Shown piece by piece: positions 1-9,060 of a stretch of DNA of 64,000 nucleotides (position 1 is its first letter; every line of letters starts with the position of its first letter). Source of the DNA: Opitutales bacterium (GTDB lineage Bacteria; Verrucomicrobiota; Verrucomicrobiia; Opitutales; UBA2987); NCBI GenBank assembly GCA_965226885.1, contig CBDDEL010000017.1, forward strand, positions 352,001-416,000, written 5' to 3'. The notes under the pieces were generated by a model. It saw only the letters and a program-made list of their open reading frames with translations. It had not been told where the DNA came from and made no database searches. Both the position numbers and the translations under genes were made by a program.

Positions 1-123
1 CGCCAGCGGCAGACTCTCAGCAAGGACAACGAGACGGAAAAAGATCACCTTTACCAGGAGATTGGAAAGCTGAAAGTAGAATGCGATTGGCTAAAAAAAA
101 AGTCTGAACAATTCGGTTGGTGA
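1..123 (+). CDS. IS3 transposase OrfA, C-terminal part (partial at window edge)
   Basis: RQRQTLSKDNE...WLKKKSEQFGW* is identical to the end of ORF 5760-6065. Confidence 0.9.
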   Translation, partial: RQRQTLSKDNETEKDHLYQEIGKLKVECDWLKKKSEQFGW

Positions 124-133
124 GAGGCGCAAG

Positions 134-997
134 ATGGTGCAACCACTTCAAGGAAAAATCAGTATCGGCAGGCAATGTCAGTTGCTGGGGCTGGCCCGCG
201 GCAGCTATTACTATCGGGCCCGTGCCCAGTGCGAGCAGAACGTTCTCTACATGCATCGCATGGATGAGCTCTACACCCAATATCCGTTTTTTGGTTCTCG
301 CCGGATGACCCAGTGGCTGCGTCGAGAGGGCCATGCAGTGGGACGAGGCCGCATCCAGCGGCTCATGCGCCAAATGGGCCTGGAGGCTATTTATCCGCGT
401 CGAAACTTGAGCCAGGGGCACCGGCAGCACCGCATTTTCCCTTATCTGCTGCGGGGTTTGGCGGTCGAGCGGCCCGACCAGGTATGGTGCAGCGACATCA
501 CTTACCTGCGGCTGAGCCGAGGATTCCTTTTCTTGACCGTGGTGTTGGACTGGTTCAGCCGCTACGTGTTGAGCTGGCAGCTTTCCAACACCCTGGAGAG
601 CCGCTTCTGTGTGCTCGCCCTGGAGGAAGCTCTGAGGCGGGCCCAACCTCAAATCTTCAACACCGATCAAGGCAGCCAGTTTACCGGCAGCGAGTTCACC
701 TCGGTGCTGGGGCAAGCCGGGGTGCGCATCAGCATGGACGGGCGTGGCCGCTACCTGGACAACATATTTGTTGAACGCTTTTGGAGAACCCTCAAGTATG
801 AAGACATTTACCTGCGCGAATACGCCACGGCAAAGGAAGCCAGCGAAGGGATAGCCCGCTACCTGGACTTCTACAACCACCTGCGCCCCCACCAAGCCCT
901 GGGCTACCGGACCCCGGCCGAAGTCCATGCAATCGGAGCAAAACCACCCTCCCCGCCAATACAGCTTGCGGGCACCTGCGTGCCCGTCTTTGGCTAA
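134..997 (+). CDS. IS3 transposase OrfB (DDE/rve core, probably fused to OrfA by -1 frameshift)
   Basis: Motifs WCSDITY, IFNTDQGSQF, DNIFVERFWRTLKYE, YNHLRPHQAL. Confidence 0.95.
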   Translation: MVQPLQGKISIGRQCQLLGLARGSYYYRARAQCEQNVLYMHRMDELYTQYPFFGSRRMTQWLRREGHAVGRGRIQRLMRQMGLEAIYPRRNLSQGHRQHRIFPYLLRGLAVERPDQVWCSDITYLRLSRGFLFLTVVLDWFSRYVLSWQLSNTLESRFCVLALEEALRRAQPQIFNTDQGSQFTGSEFTSVLGQAGVRISMDGRGRYLDNIFVERFWRTLKYEDIYLREYATAKEASEGIARYLDFYNHLRPHQALGYRTPAEVHAIGAKPPSPPIQLAGTCVPVFG

Positions 998-1219
998 GGA
1001 CAAAATATATTTTTAAAAAATAATATGAACACGATTTCCACCTTAATCCCACGTCAAAATTGTCCAAACAACCCCGTCCACTTCATAAAAACGGATCATG
1101 ACGCAACCAACCAAAGACTTTTCCGCATCGCCACCGAGTCTCCGCCCGGCTCATCTTACCTTAAATGGGCTACCGGATACATTACCATTGACTTGATTCG
1201 TATCCGCCACAGTATGCGC

Positions 1220-1334
1220 GGATTCAACAGGATTCAACAGGATTCAACAGGATTCAACAGGATTCAACAGGATTCAACAGGATTCAACAGGATTCAACAG
1301 GATTCAACAGGATTCAACAGGATTCAACAGGATT
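1220..1334. repeat. Perfect tandem repeat (GGATTCAACA) x 11.5 (VNTR)
   Basis: Read directly: 11 identical 10-bp units plus GGATT, with no spacers. Confidence 0.98.
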
Positions 1335-1415
1335 TCAGGTAAATTCAGATTAAGCAAATTGACAACTTTCTTAAGGAAAAATTCTGTAAACCGTTGATAG
1401 TTAGATTTTTTTCAG

Positions 1416-1491
<76 letters not shown>

Positions 1492-1537
1492 TTAATAGTC
1501 AATGGGTTATGGAATTATAAAGGAAGCTGTAAAATTG

Positions 1538-1559
1538 CTTTGGGTGCACTTTGGGTGCA
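1538..1559. repeat. 11-bp direct repeat CTTTGGGTGCA x2, possible integrase arm-type sites next to the tRNA
   Basis: Tandem 11-mer about 45 bp after the tRNA 3' end. The function is inferred from position only. Confidence 0.45.
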
Positions 1560-2514
1560 TAAATTAATCTTTACACTGGATTGTCTGAGGCCATCCATAG
1601 ATGTTTTAGAGGGCCTACGGGGGGAATCCAAACGCGTAACTTGCGTAAATACCCACACGAATTTTTGGCCCAAAATTGAGCAAGTTTCTACTGAGCGTGC
1701 TTGAATGGATGGAATCTTGTTTTATCGGCTTTATCCCTTTTCGGCAATCTGTCGCTAGAACGGGGTTGGGTGTCATCCATTGCTGTGGGATTTTCTAATA
1801 GCACAGAATCACTTTCCCTCTTTTCGCCGAAAAACGCCCAAATCCTCAACGAATAATGATTACCGTCAATTTAACTGATGCCTGCCAAGAAAAAGCCATT
1901 GCCGTAGTGTATTATATTTCGTGATCGGAGCTGAGACAAATCCTGATGATTAAATGACTTCTTGGGTTCGACTAAATGAGTCCAGGCATCCAGAGGAGAG
2001 TCATGGAGATTTCATAGGTGCCTAATACTCGAACTTCTTCGGTTAGCTCAAAACCGACATCCAAGTCTTCGTTGGGGAACCATGTTTCGCCTTCAATATC
2101 TTCCGGGTCGCAAAGGGCTATCCCATGATTGAGGCATTCCGCTGTTTGAGAATTTTCAGGCAGTTTTGTGCCAGGGTAAATAAAAAACCTCCTGCTTGCG
2201 TCGCTTTGGCAGGTCCATAGAGTTGCCCTGTCTCGCATGGACGATACGACCAATATGACAGGATGATGGGAGATTTCTGCCAATCGTCGTACTGCGCACA
2301 TTAAGCTCACACCACATATTTTAGCAATTTGTTCGGCGAAAGCAAAGTTAGGGTCTCCTTTAATGATGCGTCCTGGAATCCATATTTTTGGCACAAGCAA
2401 CTCGGTTGCGAAGAGATTCGCTTCAATTTCTTCTTTTGATTCATGGTAATCTGACGTGTACTGGATTTGTTGGACACGGGATTCTCTTATATTCATTGTT
2501 TATTGATTAGTGTG

Positions 2515-3432
2515 TCAGGCGGCTTGTTTTGGTAAAGGGTTTTGTTTTCTCGTTGCCCCCCATGGGGGGCAAATATTTTCCTCGAATTGGACTGGGCTTT
2601 GGTAACTCAGAGAGGAATGTTTGCGATATCGGTTGTAGAAGATTTCCACGTATTCGAAGACAGTTGATCGCAGTTCGCGCTCGTCGGCAAAGTGGCGGCC
2701 TCGAATCGTGCTGGTCTTGAAGCGGCCGTAGAACGATTCCATGGCCGCGTTGTCGTAGCAGTTGCCTTGGGCGCTCATGCTCGGCTTCATGCCTAGTTCA
2801 GAGACCAGCCTCTGATAGTCGTCGCTGGCGTAGGGGCTGCCCCGATCGCTGTGATGAATAATCCCGGTGCGCAGTGTGCCGCGGGTCATGGCCGCGGCTT
2901 TGAGGGCCTTGCCAACCAGCTTCGCGTCGTTGTGGTTGGAAACGCTCCAGCCCAGCAGGCGTCGGCTGAACAGGTCCATCACCGTGGCCAAGTACATCCA
3001 ACCGGCCAGGGTCCGTAGGTAGGTCGTGTCCGCCACCCAGACCTCGTCGATATGGGTCGGCTGGCCATGCTTTTTAAGCACATTGGGGCTGTAACCATAG
3101 GGATGGTTACTGTTGGTTTTTAATGGCTTAAAGCGTTTACTCTGGGTGCTTTTGATTCCCATTTCACGCATCAGACGCAGAGCCCGGTCACGGCCGCAAT
3201 CGATGCCCTCATCATCCTTCAGATGGCGGTGCATTGGCCGATGCCCATAGCGGCCCTTGGCCTCTTTGTGTACCTTCAGGATCGCCCCCTTGATTCCCTC
3301 GTCCTCGATCCGCCGGGCCGAGGGCGCTCGGTGCCTCCAGCAGTAATAGCCACTGCGACAAATCCCCATCGCCGAGCATATTTCCTCGATCTTGAAGCGC
3401 CCCTCGTTGTCTTTGACAAACTGGTACTTCAT
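2515..3432 (-). CDS. IS3 transposase OrfB
   Basis: WVADTTY, HHSDRGSPY, GNCYDNAAMESFY. The ATG overlaps the orfA stop (ATGA). A8 slippery run at about 3461-3468. Confidence 0.9.
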   Translation of the reverse strand: MKYQFVKDNEGRFKIEEICSAMGICRSGYYCWRHRAPSARRIEDEGIKGAILKVHKEAKGRYGHRPMHRHLKDDEGIDCGRDRALRLMREMGIKSTQSKRFKPLKTNSNHPYGYSPNVLKKHGQPTHIDEVWVADTTYLRTLAGWMYLATVMDLFSRRLLGWSVSNHNDAKLVGKALKAAAMTRGTLRTGIIHHSDRGSPYASDDYQRLVSELGMKPSMSAQGNCYDNAAMESFYGRFKTSTIRGRHFADERELRSTVFEYVEIFYNRYRKHSSLSYQSPVQFEENICPPWGATRKQNPLPKQAA

Positions 3433-3737
3433 TGTTCGTCCTTGGCAAAGTAGCCCACCGTTTTTTTTAGTATCTGGTTGATCCGCTCCGAGCGGCGCAG
3501 CTCTTTGCGAAGACGATCTATCTCGGCCGCCATCTCCTTCGGACTGCTCTGTCGCTTTGAGGTGGCTTCGCCCTGCTGATCGTCCAGATAGAGCCTCTTC
3601 CACCTATACAATTGGTTGGTGTTGACCCCAAGTTTGGTCGATACCTCGGTGGCGCTCAGACCATCGAGTATCATCAGTTGAACTGCCTCATTTTTGAACT
3701 CTATACTGCGTCTTCTTCCCATGCTTCGATTCTCCAT
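3429..3737 (-). CDS. IS3 transposase OrfA (HTH)
   Basis: EFKNEAVQL...LGVNTNQLYRWK...ILKKTVGYFAK. True start may be ATG 3722. Confidence 0.9.
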   Translation of the reverse strand: MENRSMGRRRSIEFKNEAVQLMILDGLSATEVSTKLGVNTNQLYRWKRLYLDDQQGEATSKRQSSPKEMAAEIDRLRKELRRSERINQILKKTVGYFAKDEQ

Positions 3738-4069
3738 TTAGGAGAATCTCGTGTCCACTTTTTCCAGTGCACATCAAATCCACCATGTCTGAGGCGACAC
3801 TGAACTTTTGTGTCAATCGAGGGTGCAGTAGCCAGTGCCCAATTTCATGGGCCAGAGAGAAACGTTGTCGATTAGGATTGCTGCCAGCTTTCAAGCGAAT
3901 AATACCCTCATTTCCGTAGCGCATCAAGTAGGCCTCGTAGTTGACCAGGTCACTAATTTCTACCTCAATACCCAAATACTCCGCAACATCCATTAGAAGG
4001 AGATCCGAGGGTTCTTCTATTCCTAGATCTTCCCTCAATTTATAAGCGATCTTCTGAATCCTAATCCAA

Positions 4070-4513
4070 TTAATTTTCGGTTTCACCTTTGTTGTCCCGC
4101 TTCTGCTTCAACTGCCGAAGATCTTTCAATATTAACCGCAATTCTTGATCATCAGCTTCGCAGGTTCTGCGGGCCGCTGTTGCAAATTCTGAACCCAGTT
4201 CCTCCTGTAGACTGAAAATCTCAGCTTCTATTTCTTTTCGAGTATCGGGAAATTGGATAACATCAGTAGTCTTCCTGTCTTGCCTCCCCCGGCGGCGCAT
4301 ACAGGCCTGTTTCATTGCCCATTTTCCTGCAAACTTTTTGCGAATAAACTCAATCGACGCATTTACTTCCTCGATGTGGAGCCCCATCTCAGTTAACATG
4401 GAATTCAGCTCTTCGATCGTCTCTTTCGATTCAGATGCTTCCAAAGATTCACTTGTCAAAAGAGCATGGAGCGTTCGTGTTTTTTCTGCCATTAATTTTT
4501 CGTTATTTGCCAT
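4070..4513 (-). CDS. Hypothetical 147-aa helical protein, coupled between the sigma-like gene and the ImmA/IrrE gene
   Basis: Intact ORF. Its start overlaps the upstream stop and its stop overlaps the downstream GTG start. Confidence 0.75.
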   Translation of the reverse strand: MANNEKLMAEKTRTLHALLTSESLEASESKETIEELNSMLTEMGLHIEEVNASIEFIRKKFAGKWAMKQACMRRRGRQDRKTTDVIQFPDTRKEIEAEIFSLQEELGSEFATAARRTCEADDQELRLILKDLRQLKQKRDNKGETEN

Positions 4514-4796
4514 TTTTTAAGGCTTCCTTTTCCTTAATTAATTTAGAAGCTGCGCGTTGAATTCGTTTCTTGGCTCGGTCGAAAACCTTGGGATTCATAC
4601 CGGTGAGTTCACAAACTTCACTGCGCTTGTAAAATTGATTCTCGAAAGCGTCGATGATGCTCAACTCCTCTTCCTTATCGGAAAAATGTTCTTTGAGACG
4701 GTCGAAAATTTCAATCGACGTCTTCTCTTTCTCCCGCGTTTCGGCGGCAAGGGCGGGATCTTCGGTTGCAGTATCTTCAACTCCTTGCCAATAAAC
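4503..4796 (-). pseudogene. C-terminal remnant of a sigma-70/ECF-like (region 4 HTH) protein truncated by IS3
   Basis: Hand-translated open frame from the IS edge: VYWQGVEDT...EELSIIDAFENQFYKRSEVCELTGMNPKVFDRAKKRIQRAASKL...NGK*. No start codon remains. Confidence 0.6.
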
Positions 4797-4858
4797 TGAA
4801 GTGGACGGGGTTGTTTGGACAATTTTGACGTGGGATTAAGGTGGAAATCGTGTTCATA

Positions 4859-5749
4859 TTATTTTTTAAAAATATATTTTGTCCTTAGCCAAAGACGGGC
4901 ACGCAGGTGCCCGCAAGCTGTATTGGCGGGGAGGTTGGTTTTGCTCCGATTGCATGGACTTCGGGCCGGGGTCCGGTAGCCCAGGGCTTGGTGGGGGCGC
5001 AGGTGGTTGTAGAAGTCCAGGTAGCGGGCTATCCCTTCGCTGGCTTCCTTTGCCGTGGCGTATTCGCGCAGGTAAATGTCTTCATACTTGAGGGTTCTCC
5101 AAAAGCGTTCAACAAATATGTTGTCCAGGTAGCGGCCACGCCCGTCCATGCTGATGCGCACCCCGGCTTGCCCCAGCACCGAGGTGAACTCGCTGCCGGT
5201 AAACTGGCTGCCTTGATCGGTGTTGAAGATTTGAGGTTGGGCCCGCCTCAGAGCTTCCTCCAGGGCGAGCACACAGAAGCGGCTCTCCAGGGTGTTGGAA
5301 AGCTGCCAGCTCAACACGTAGCGGCTGAACCAGTCCAACACCACGGTCAAGAAAAGGAATCCTCGGCTCAGCCGCAGGTAAGTGATGTCGCTGCACCATA
5401 CCTGGTCGGGCCGCTCGACCGCCAAACCCCGCAGCAGATAAGGGAAAATGCGGTGCTGCCGGTGCCCCTGGCTCAAGTTTCGACGCGGATAAATAGCCTC
5501 CAGGCCCATTTGGCGCATGAGCCGCTGGATGCGGCCTCGTCCCACTGCATGGCCCTCTCGACGCAGCCACTGGGTCATCCGGCGAGAACCAGAAAACGGA
5601 TATTGGGTGTAGAGCTCATCCATGCGATGCATGTAGAGAACGTTCTGCTCGCACTGGGCACGGGCCCGATAGTAATAGCTGCCGCGGGCCAGCCCCAGCA
5701 ACTGACATTGCCTGCCGATACTGATTTTTCCTTGAAGTGGTTGCACCAT
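4859..5749 (-). CDS. IS3 transposase OrfB (extra G near 4964 alters the last residues)
   Basis: Matches 134-997 (one F>S change) up to YRTPA, then frameshifts. Confidence 0.9.
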   Translation of the reverse strand: MVQPLQGKISIGRQCQLLGLARGSYYYRARAQCEQNVLYMHRMDELYTQYPFSGSRRMTQWLRREGHAVGRGRIQRLMRQMGLEAIYPRRNLSQGHRQHRIFPYLLRGLAVERPDQVWCSDITYLRLSRGFLFLTVVLDWFSRYVLSWQLSNTLESRFCVLALEEALRRAQPQIFNTDQGSQFTGSEFTSVLGQAGVRISMDGRGRYLDNIFVERFWRTLKYEDIYLREYATAKEASEGIARYLDFYNHLRPHQALGYRTPARSPCNRSKTNLPANTACGHLRARLWLRTKYIFKK

Positions 5750-5759
5750 CTTGCGCCTC

Positions 5760-6065
5760 TCACCAACCGAATTGTTCAGACTTTTTTTTTAGCCAATCGC
5801 ATTCTACTTTCAGCTTTCCAATCTCCTGGTAAAGGTGATCTTTTTCCGTCTCGTTGTCCTTGCTGAGAGTCTGCCGCTGGCGCGAAAACAGCTCCGTTGC
5901 TCCCTGCAAAAGCTGCTTCTTCCATTGGGTCACCTGGTTGGGATGCACCTCAAAACGACCGGCGATCTCGTTGATGGTATGAGCGCCCCTGATGGCTTCC
6001 AGGGCCACTCGGGCTTTAAACTCAGCACTGTATTGTCTTCTCTTTCGTGATTTAATAACATTCAT
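5760..6065 (-). CDS. IS3 transposase OrfA
   Basis: YSAEFKARVALEA...VHPNQVTQWKKQL...LYQEIGKLKVE. Confidence 0.93.
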   Translation of the reverse strand: MNVIKSRKRRQYSAEFKARVALEAIRGAHTINEIAGRFEVHPNQVTQWKKQLLQGATELFSRQRQTLSKDNETEKDHLYQEIGKLKVECDWLKKKSEQFGW

Positions 6066-6186
6066 AGGTTAGCGGATTTAGTGGTTCAAGACCACCTTAT
6101 TCCACTGTCCAGTTTTCCCCGTCCATTTCATTCATAGAAAATAGGTTTTATTATTAATATATTTATTATTTAAGGAACAATTAAAA

Positions 6187-7554
6187 TTAGTGTGTGTAAC
6201 CTGCCTCACCGTGGGTAGCTAGATCAAGACCAAGTTCTTCATCTTCATCGTCCACGCGAAGGCCGATGGTTTTTTTGATGAGAGTTAGAGCGATTAGGGA
6301 GACCAGGCCGCTCCAAACGATGGTAACCAAAATGCTTTTGAGTTGTATCCAGGTTTGCACCACCAGGCTGAAGGTTTCCACGCCGCCTTCGCCGATAAAA
6401 AAGCAGCCGGCCAGCAGAGCACCAACAATCCCGCCGATGCCATGCACCCCAAAGACGTCCAGGCTGTCATCGTAGCCGAGTCGCCTTTTCAGTTGGGTAA
6501 CAGCGAGATAACAGCAGGCGCTTGAGGCGAACCCAATGGCTAAAGCGCCCATGGGGCCGACCGAACCGGAACCGGGGGTGATGGCCACCAGGCCGGCGAC
6601 CGCACCGGTAGCTACGCCGATGGCGGTGGAGGCGCCGCTTTTTATCCGTTCGATGGCCATCCAGGTGAGGGCCGCGGCGGCGGTGGCCACTTGTGTCACG
6701 AGCAAGGCCATGCCCGCCGTGCCATCGGCGGCCAGTTCGCTGCCGGCGTTGAATCCGAACCAGCCAACCCATAACATGGAAGCGCCAATGAGGGTCAGCG
6801 GTACATTGTGGGGGGCCAGAGGCTCGAGGCCGAAACCACGCCTTTTGCCAACCAGGAGGCAGGCCACCAGGCCAGCGATTCCGGCATTGATATGCACAAC
6901 GGTGCCACCTGCAAAATCAATCACGCCCCATTCGGCAAAAAGGGCGCCATCACCGGACCAGGCCATATGGCAGATGGGCAGGTATGAAAAAGTAAACCAG
7001 ACAACGCAAAAAAGCATCATGGCGCTGAATTTCATGCGTTCGGCAAAAGCGCCCACGATCAACGCCGGGGTAATGATGGCGAATGTCATCTGGTAAGTTA
7101 CGAAAACGCTCTCGGGAATGGTCCCGGAATACGAATCCACGCCGATGCCGCTGAGAAAAGCGGTTCCGAGTCCTCCAAAAAAGGAGTGGAAATTAATGAC
7201 CCCAGCCTCCATGCCGGTAGTATTAAAGGCCACACTATAACCATAGATGACCCAGAGGATGGTCATGACCGCGGCCATGGCGAAGCATTGCACGAGAATG
7301 GAGAGCACATTTTTGGTTCTCACCAGGCCCCCGTAAAACAGGGCCAGTCCCGGTAGGGTCATAAAAAGAACCAGCACAGTTGCCACGATCATCCAGGCAG
7401 TGTCACCGGTGTCGAGGGGGAGAGGCGTCTGCCCGGCTATGGCATCGGCGACGGAATCCTGTGCCTGCAGCCTCGAAGCTGCCGAAACAAGGAAACCGGA
7501 TATTATTAGTTGGAAAATGGATTTCCAGCGTGAATGGGGTTGGGATAGGTTCAT
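6187..7554 (-). CDS. amtB: Ammonium transporter
   Basis: DFAGGTVVHINAG, WFGFNAGS, YDDSLDVFGVHG, GLDLATHGE. Start taken as ATG 7554; the ORF is open to TTG 7575. Confidence 0.97.
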   Translation of the reverse strand: MNLSQPHSRWKSIFQLIISGFLVSAASRLQAQDSVADAIAGQTPLPLDTGDTAWMIVATVLVLFMTLPGLALFYGGLVRTKNVLSILVQCFAMAAVMTILWVIYGYSVAFNTTGMEAGVINFHSFFGGLGTAFLSGIGVDSYSGTIPESVFVTYQMTFAIITPALIVGAFAERMKFSAMMLFCVVWFTFSYLPICHMAWSGDGALFAEWGVIDFAGGTVVHINAGIAGLVACLLVGKRRGFGLEPLAPHNVPLTLIGASMLWVGWFGFNAGSELAADGTAGMALLVTQVATAAAALTWMAIERIKSGASTAIGVATGAVAGLVAITPGSGSVGPMGALAIGFASSACCYLAVTQLKRRLGYDDSLDVFGVHGIGGIVGALLAGCFFIGEGGVETFSLVVQTWIQLKSILVTIVWSGLVSLIALTLIKKTIGLRVDDEDEELGLDLATHGEAGYTH

Positions 7555-7643
7555 GTTGTAATAGGATGATCTCAATTGTTTATGTTGTAAAGCGTTATCT
7601 CAATTCTTGTTTCTTCTTCGTAAATATAAGACTGCCTTCTACC

Positions 7644-7660
7644 AGCAGAGGCCATGCCAA
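7644..7660 (-). promoter_or_regulatory. Sigma-54 (-24/-12) promoter for amtB
   Basis: Minus strand TTGGCATGGCCTCTGCT has exact GG-N10-GC spacing, about 90 bp upstream of amtB. Confidence 0.7.
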
Positions 7661-7731
7661 CCCGGATTGAGGTTCAACCCTGTTCACTTTTAAACAATTG
7701 GAGGAAAGTCAGGCCGGTTCCGGAAAATCCC

Positions 7732-7761
7732 TTGACGATGTTAATTCACCCGCCCTACTTT
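7732..7761 (+). promoter_or_regulatory. Possible sigma-70 promoter for carAB
   Basis: TTGACG-N18-TACTTT upstream of carA. Confidence 0.4.
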
Positions 7762-7833
7762 GGCCCACAGATTGAACATCAAATCCCATCATCTCTTTCC
7801 AGGGGAAAGAATATTTGACCACCTGCTTGGCAC

Positions 7834-9039
7834 ATGGCCAGGGCGGCATCAGCATTAGCAGCGTCGTCCGAACAGCCGGAGTGGGCCACAGCCGTATTGC
7901 TGCTGGCCGACGGCATGGTTTTCTGGGGTCGCGGCGCTGGGGCCAGTGGCATCAGGACGGGGGAAATCTGCTTCAATACCTCGGTCACAGGTTATCAGGA
8001 AATACTGACCGACCCGTCCTACGCCGGGCAAATCATCACTTTTACTTTTCCCCATATTGGGAATGTGGGCACCAATCCTGAAGACCTCGAAGCCCTCCGG
8101 CCCAGGGCTCTGGGCTGCATTTTCGCCGCCCATATGACGGAACCTTCCAACTGGCGCTCGGGCCAATCGTTGGAGGATTTTTTAATTGAGAATGACATGC
8201 CGGCCATTTGCGGGATCGACACCCGGCAATTGACCATAAAAATCCGCCAGGCCGGTGCGATTGACGCAACCCTGGCCCATTTCGGGAATAGCCGGGTAAA
8301 CCTGGAAGAGCTTTTTGCGAAAACAGACGCCTGGCCGGGCTTGGAGGGAATGGACCTGGCAGGTGAGGTGACGGCCAGTAAAACCTACACCTGGGATGAG
8401 CCGCGCCGGTTTCTGCACAATAGAGAGCCAATTCAAACCCGGGAAACCTCAGTAAGCCCACGGAAACGCTTCAAGGTCGCCGTATTCGATTTCGGAATCA
8501 AACAAAACATTCTGCGCTCCCTGGTGTCGCTGGGCTGCACAACGACGGTGGTTCCGGCCACGACAACGTTTGAGGAAATCGAAAAGATGAGCCCGGACGG
8601 GGTTTTTCTCTCCAATGGCCCCGGCGATCCGGCGGCCACGGGTGGCTATGCGGTTCCAACCATCCGGAAAATGTTGGAAACCGGGATTCCCATTTTCGGC
8701 ATTTGCCTGGGGCACCAACTCCTAGCCCTTGCCCTGGGTGGAAAAACCAAAAAGATGCATCATGGCCATCGCGGCACCAACCATCCGGTAAAAGACCTGC
8801 AAACAGGCAGGGTGGAAGTGACCAGCCAAAACCATGGGTTCGTGGTTGATGATGCGAGTCTGCCGAACAATGTGCAAAAAACCCATGTCTCTCTCTTCGA
8901 TGGCACAATCGAGGGCTTGAAGGTGGAGGACCGGCCCGTTTTCAGCGTCCAGTACCATCCCGAAGCCTCCCCGGGACCCGAGGACAGCGGGCATCTTTTT
9001 GACCGTTTCGTTTCCATGATGGAGGACCGTCAAAAATGA
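7834..9039 (+). CDS. carA: Carbamoyl-phosphate synthase small subunit
   Basis: TGYQEILTDPSY, LSNGPGDP, GICLGHQ, SQNHGF, QYHPEASPGP. Confidence 0.98.
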   Translation: MARAASALAASSEQPEWATAVLLLADGMVFWGRGAGASGIRTGEICFNTSVTGYQEILTDPSYAGQIITFTFPHIGNVGTNPEDLEALRPRALGCIFAAHMTEPSNWRSGQSLEDFLIENDMPAICGIDTRQLTIKIRQAGAIDATLAHFGNSRVNLEELFAKTDAWPGLEGMDLAGEVTASKTYTWDEPRRFLHNREPIQTRETSVSPRKRFKVAVFDFGIKQNILRSLVSLGCTTTVVPATTTFEEIEKMSPDGVFLSNGPGDPAATGGYAVPTIRKMLETGIPIFGICLGHQLLALALGGKTKKMHHGHRGTNHPVKDLQTGRVEVTSQNHGFVVDDASLPNNVQKTHVSLFDGTIEGLKVEDRPVFSVQYHPEASPGPEDSGHLFDRFVSMMEDRQK

Positions 9040-9060
9040 ATTTTTTTAGAAAAACCAGAT

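Larger units (their letters stand above)
1..1085 (+). mobile_element. IS3-family element, type A, copy 1 (left end lies outside the window)
   Basis: Near-identical to 4797-6130 and 13670-15002. Right IR ...CCCCGTCCACTTCA ends at 1085. orfA/orfB with an A9G slippery site at 93-102. Confidence 0.95.
2452..3776 (-). mobile_element. IS3-family element, type B (1325 bp)
   Basis: IRs TGATGTGCACTGGAAAAAGTGGACAC and TGACGTGTACTGGATTTGTTGGACAC. 4-bp target duplication AATC at 2448-2451 and 3777-3780. Confidence 0.95.
1972..4086 (-). pseudogene. ImmA/IrrE-family Zn metallopeptidase (about 261 aa) interrupted by IS3 type B
   Basis: RQRFSLAHEIGH (HExxH) in 4086-3777 and EIEANLFATELL in 2447-1972. Removing the IS and one AATC copy restores in-frame ...DMVD-YHESKEEIEAN. 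Confidence 0.92.
4797..6130 (-). mobile_element. IS3-family element, type A, copy 2
   Basis: IRs TGAAGTGGACGGGG and TGAAATGGACGGGG. Flanks AAC and TTC do not form a duplication. Confidence 0.96.

Noticed and set aside
17..1003. Long antisense ORFs over IS3 (also 4907-5866 and 13752-14738) and over IS1380
   Set aside because: They are shadows of transposase frames and recur only because the IS is repeated.
1220..1334. Possible CRISPR array
   Set aside because: Units are 10 bp and contiguous, with no spacers and no cas genes.
1025..1342. 105-aa ORF with FNRIQQDSTG repeats
   Set aside because: It starts inside the IS3 end and is open only because the repeat lacks stops. No evidence it is a real gene.
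1610..1680. G-run segment reminiscent of a phage cos/packaging region
   Set aside because: No terminase, HNH or other phage gene is nearby, and the resemblance is too vague.
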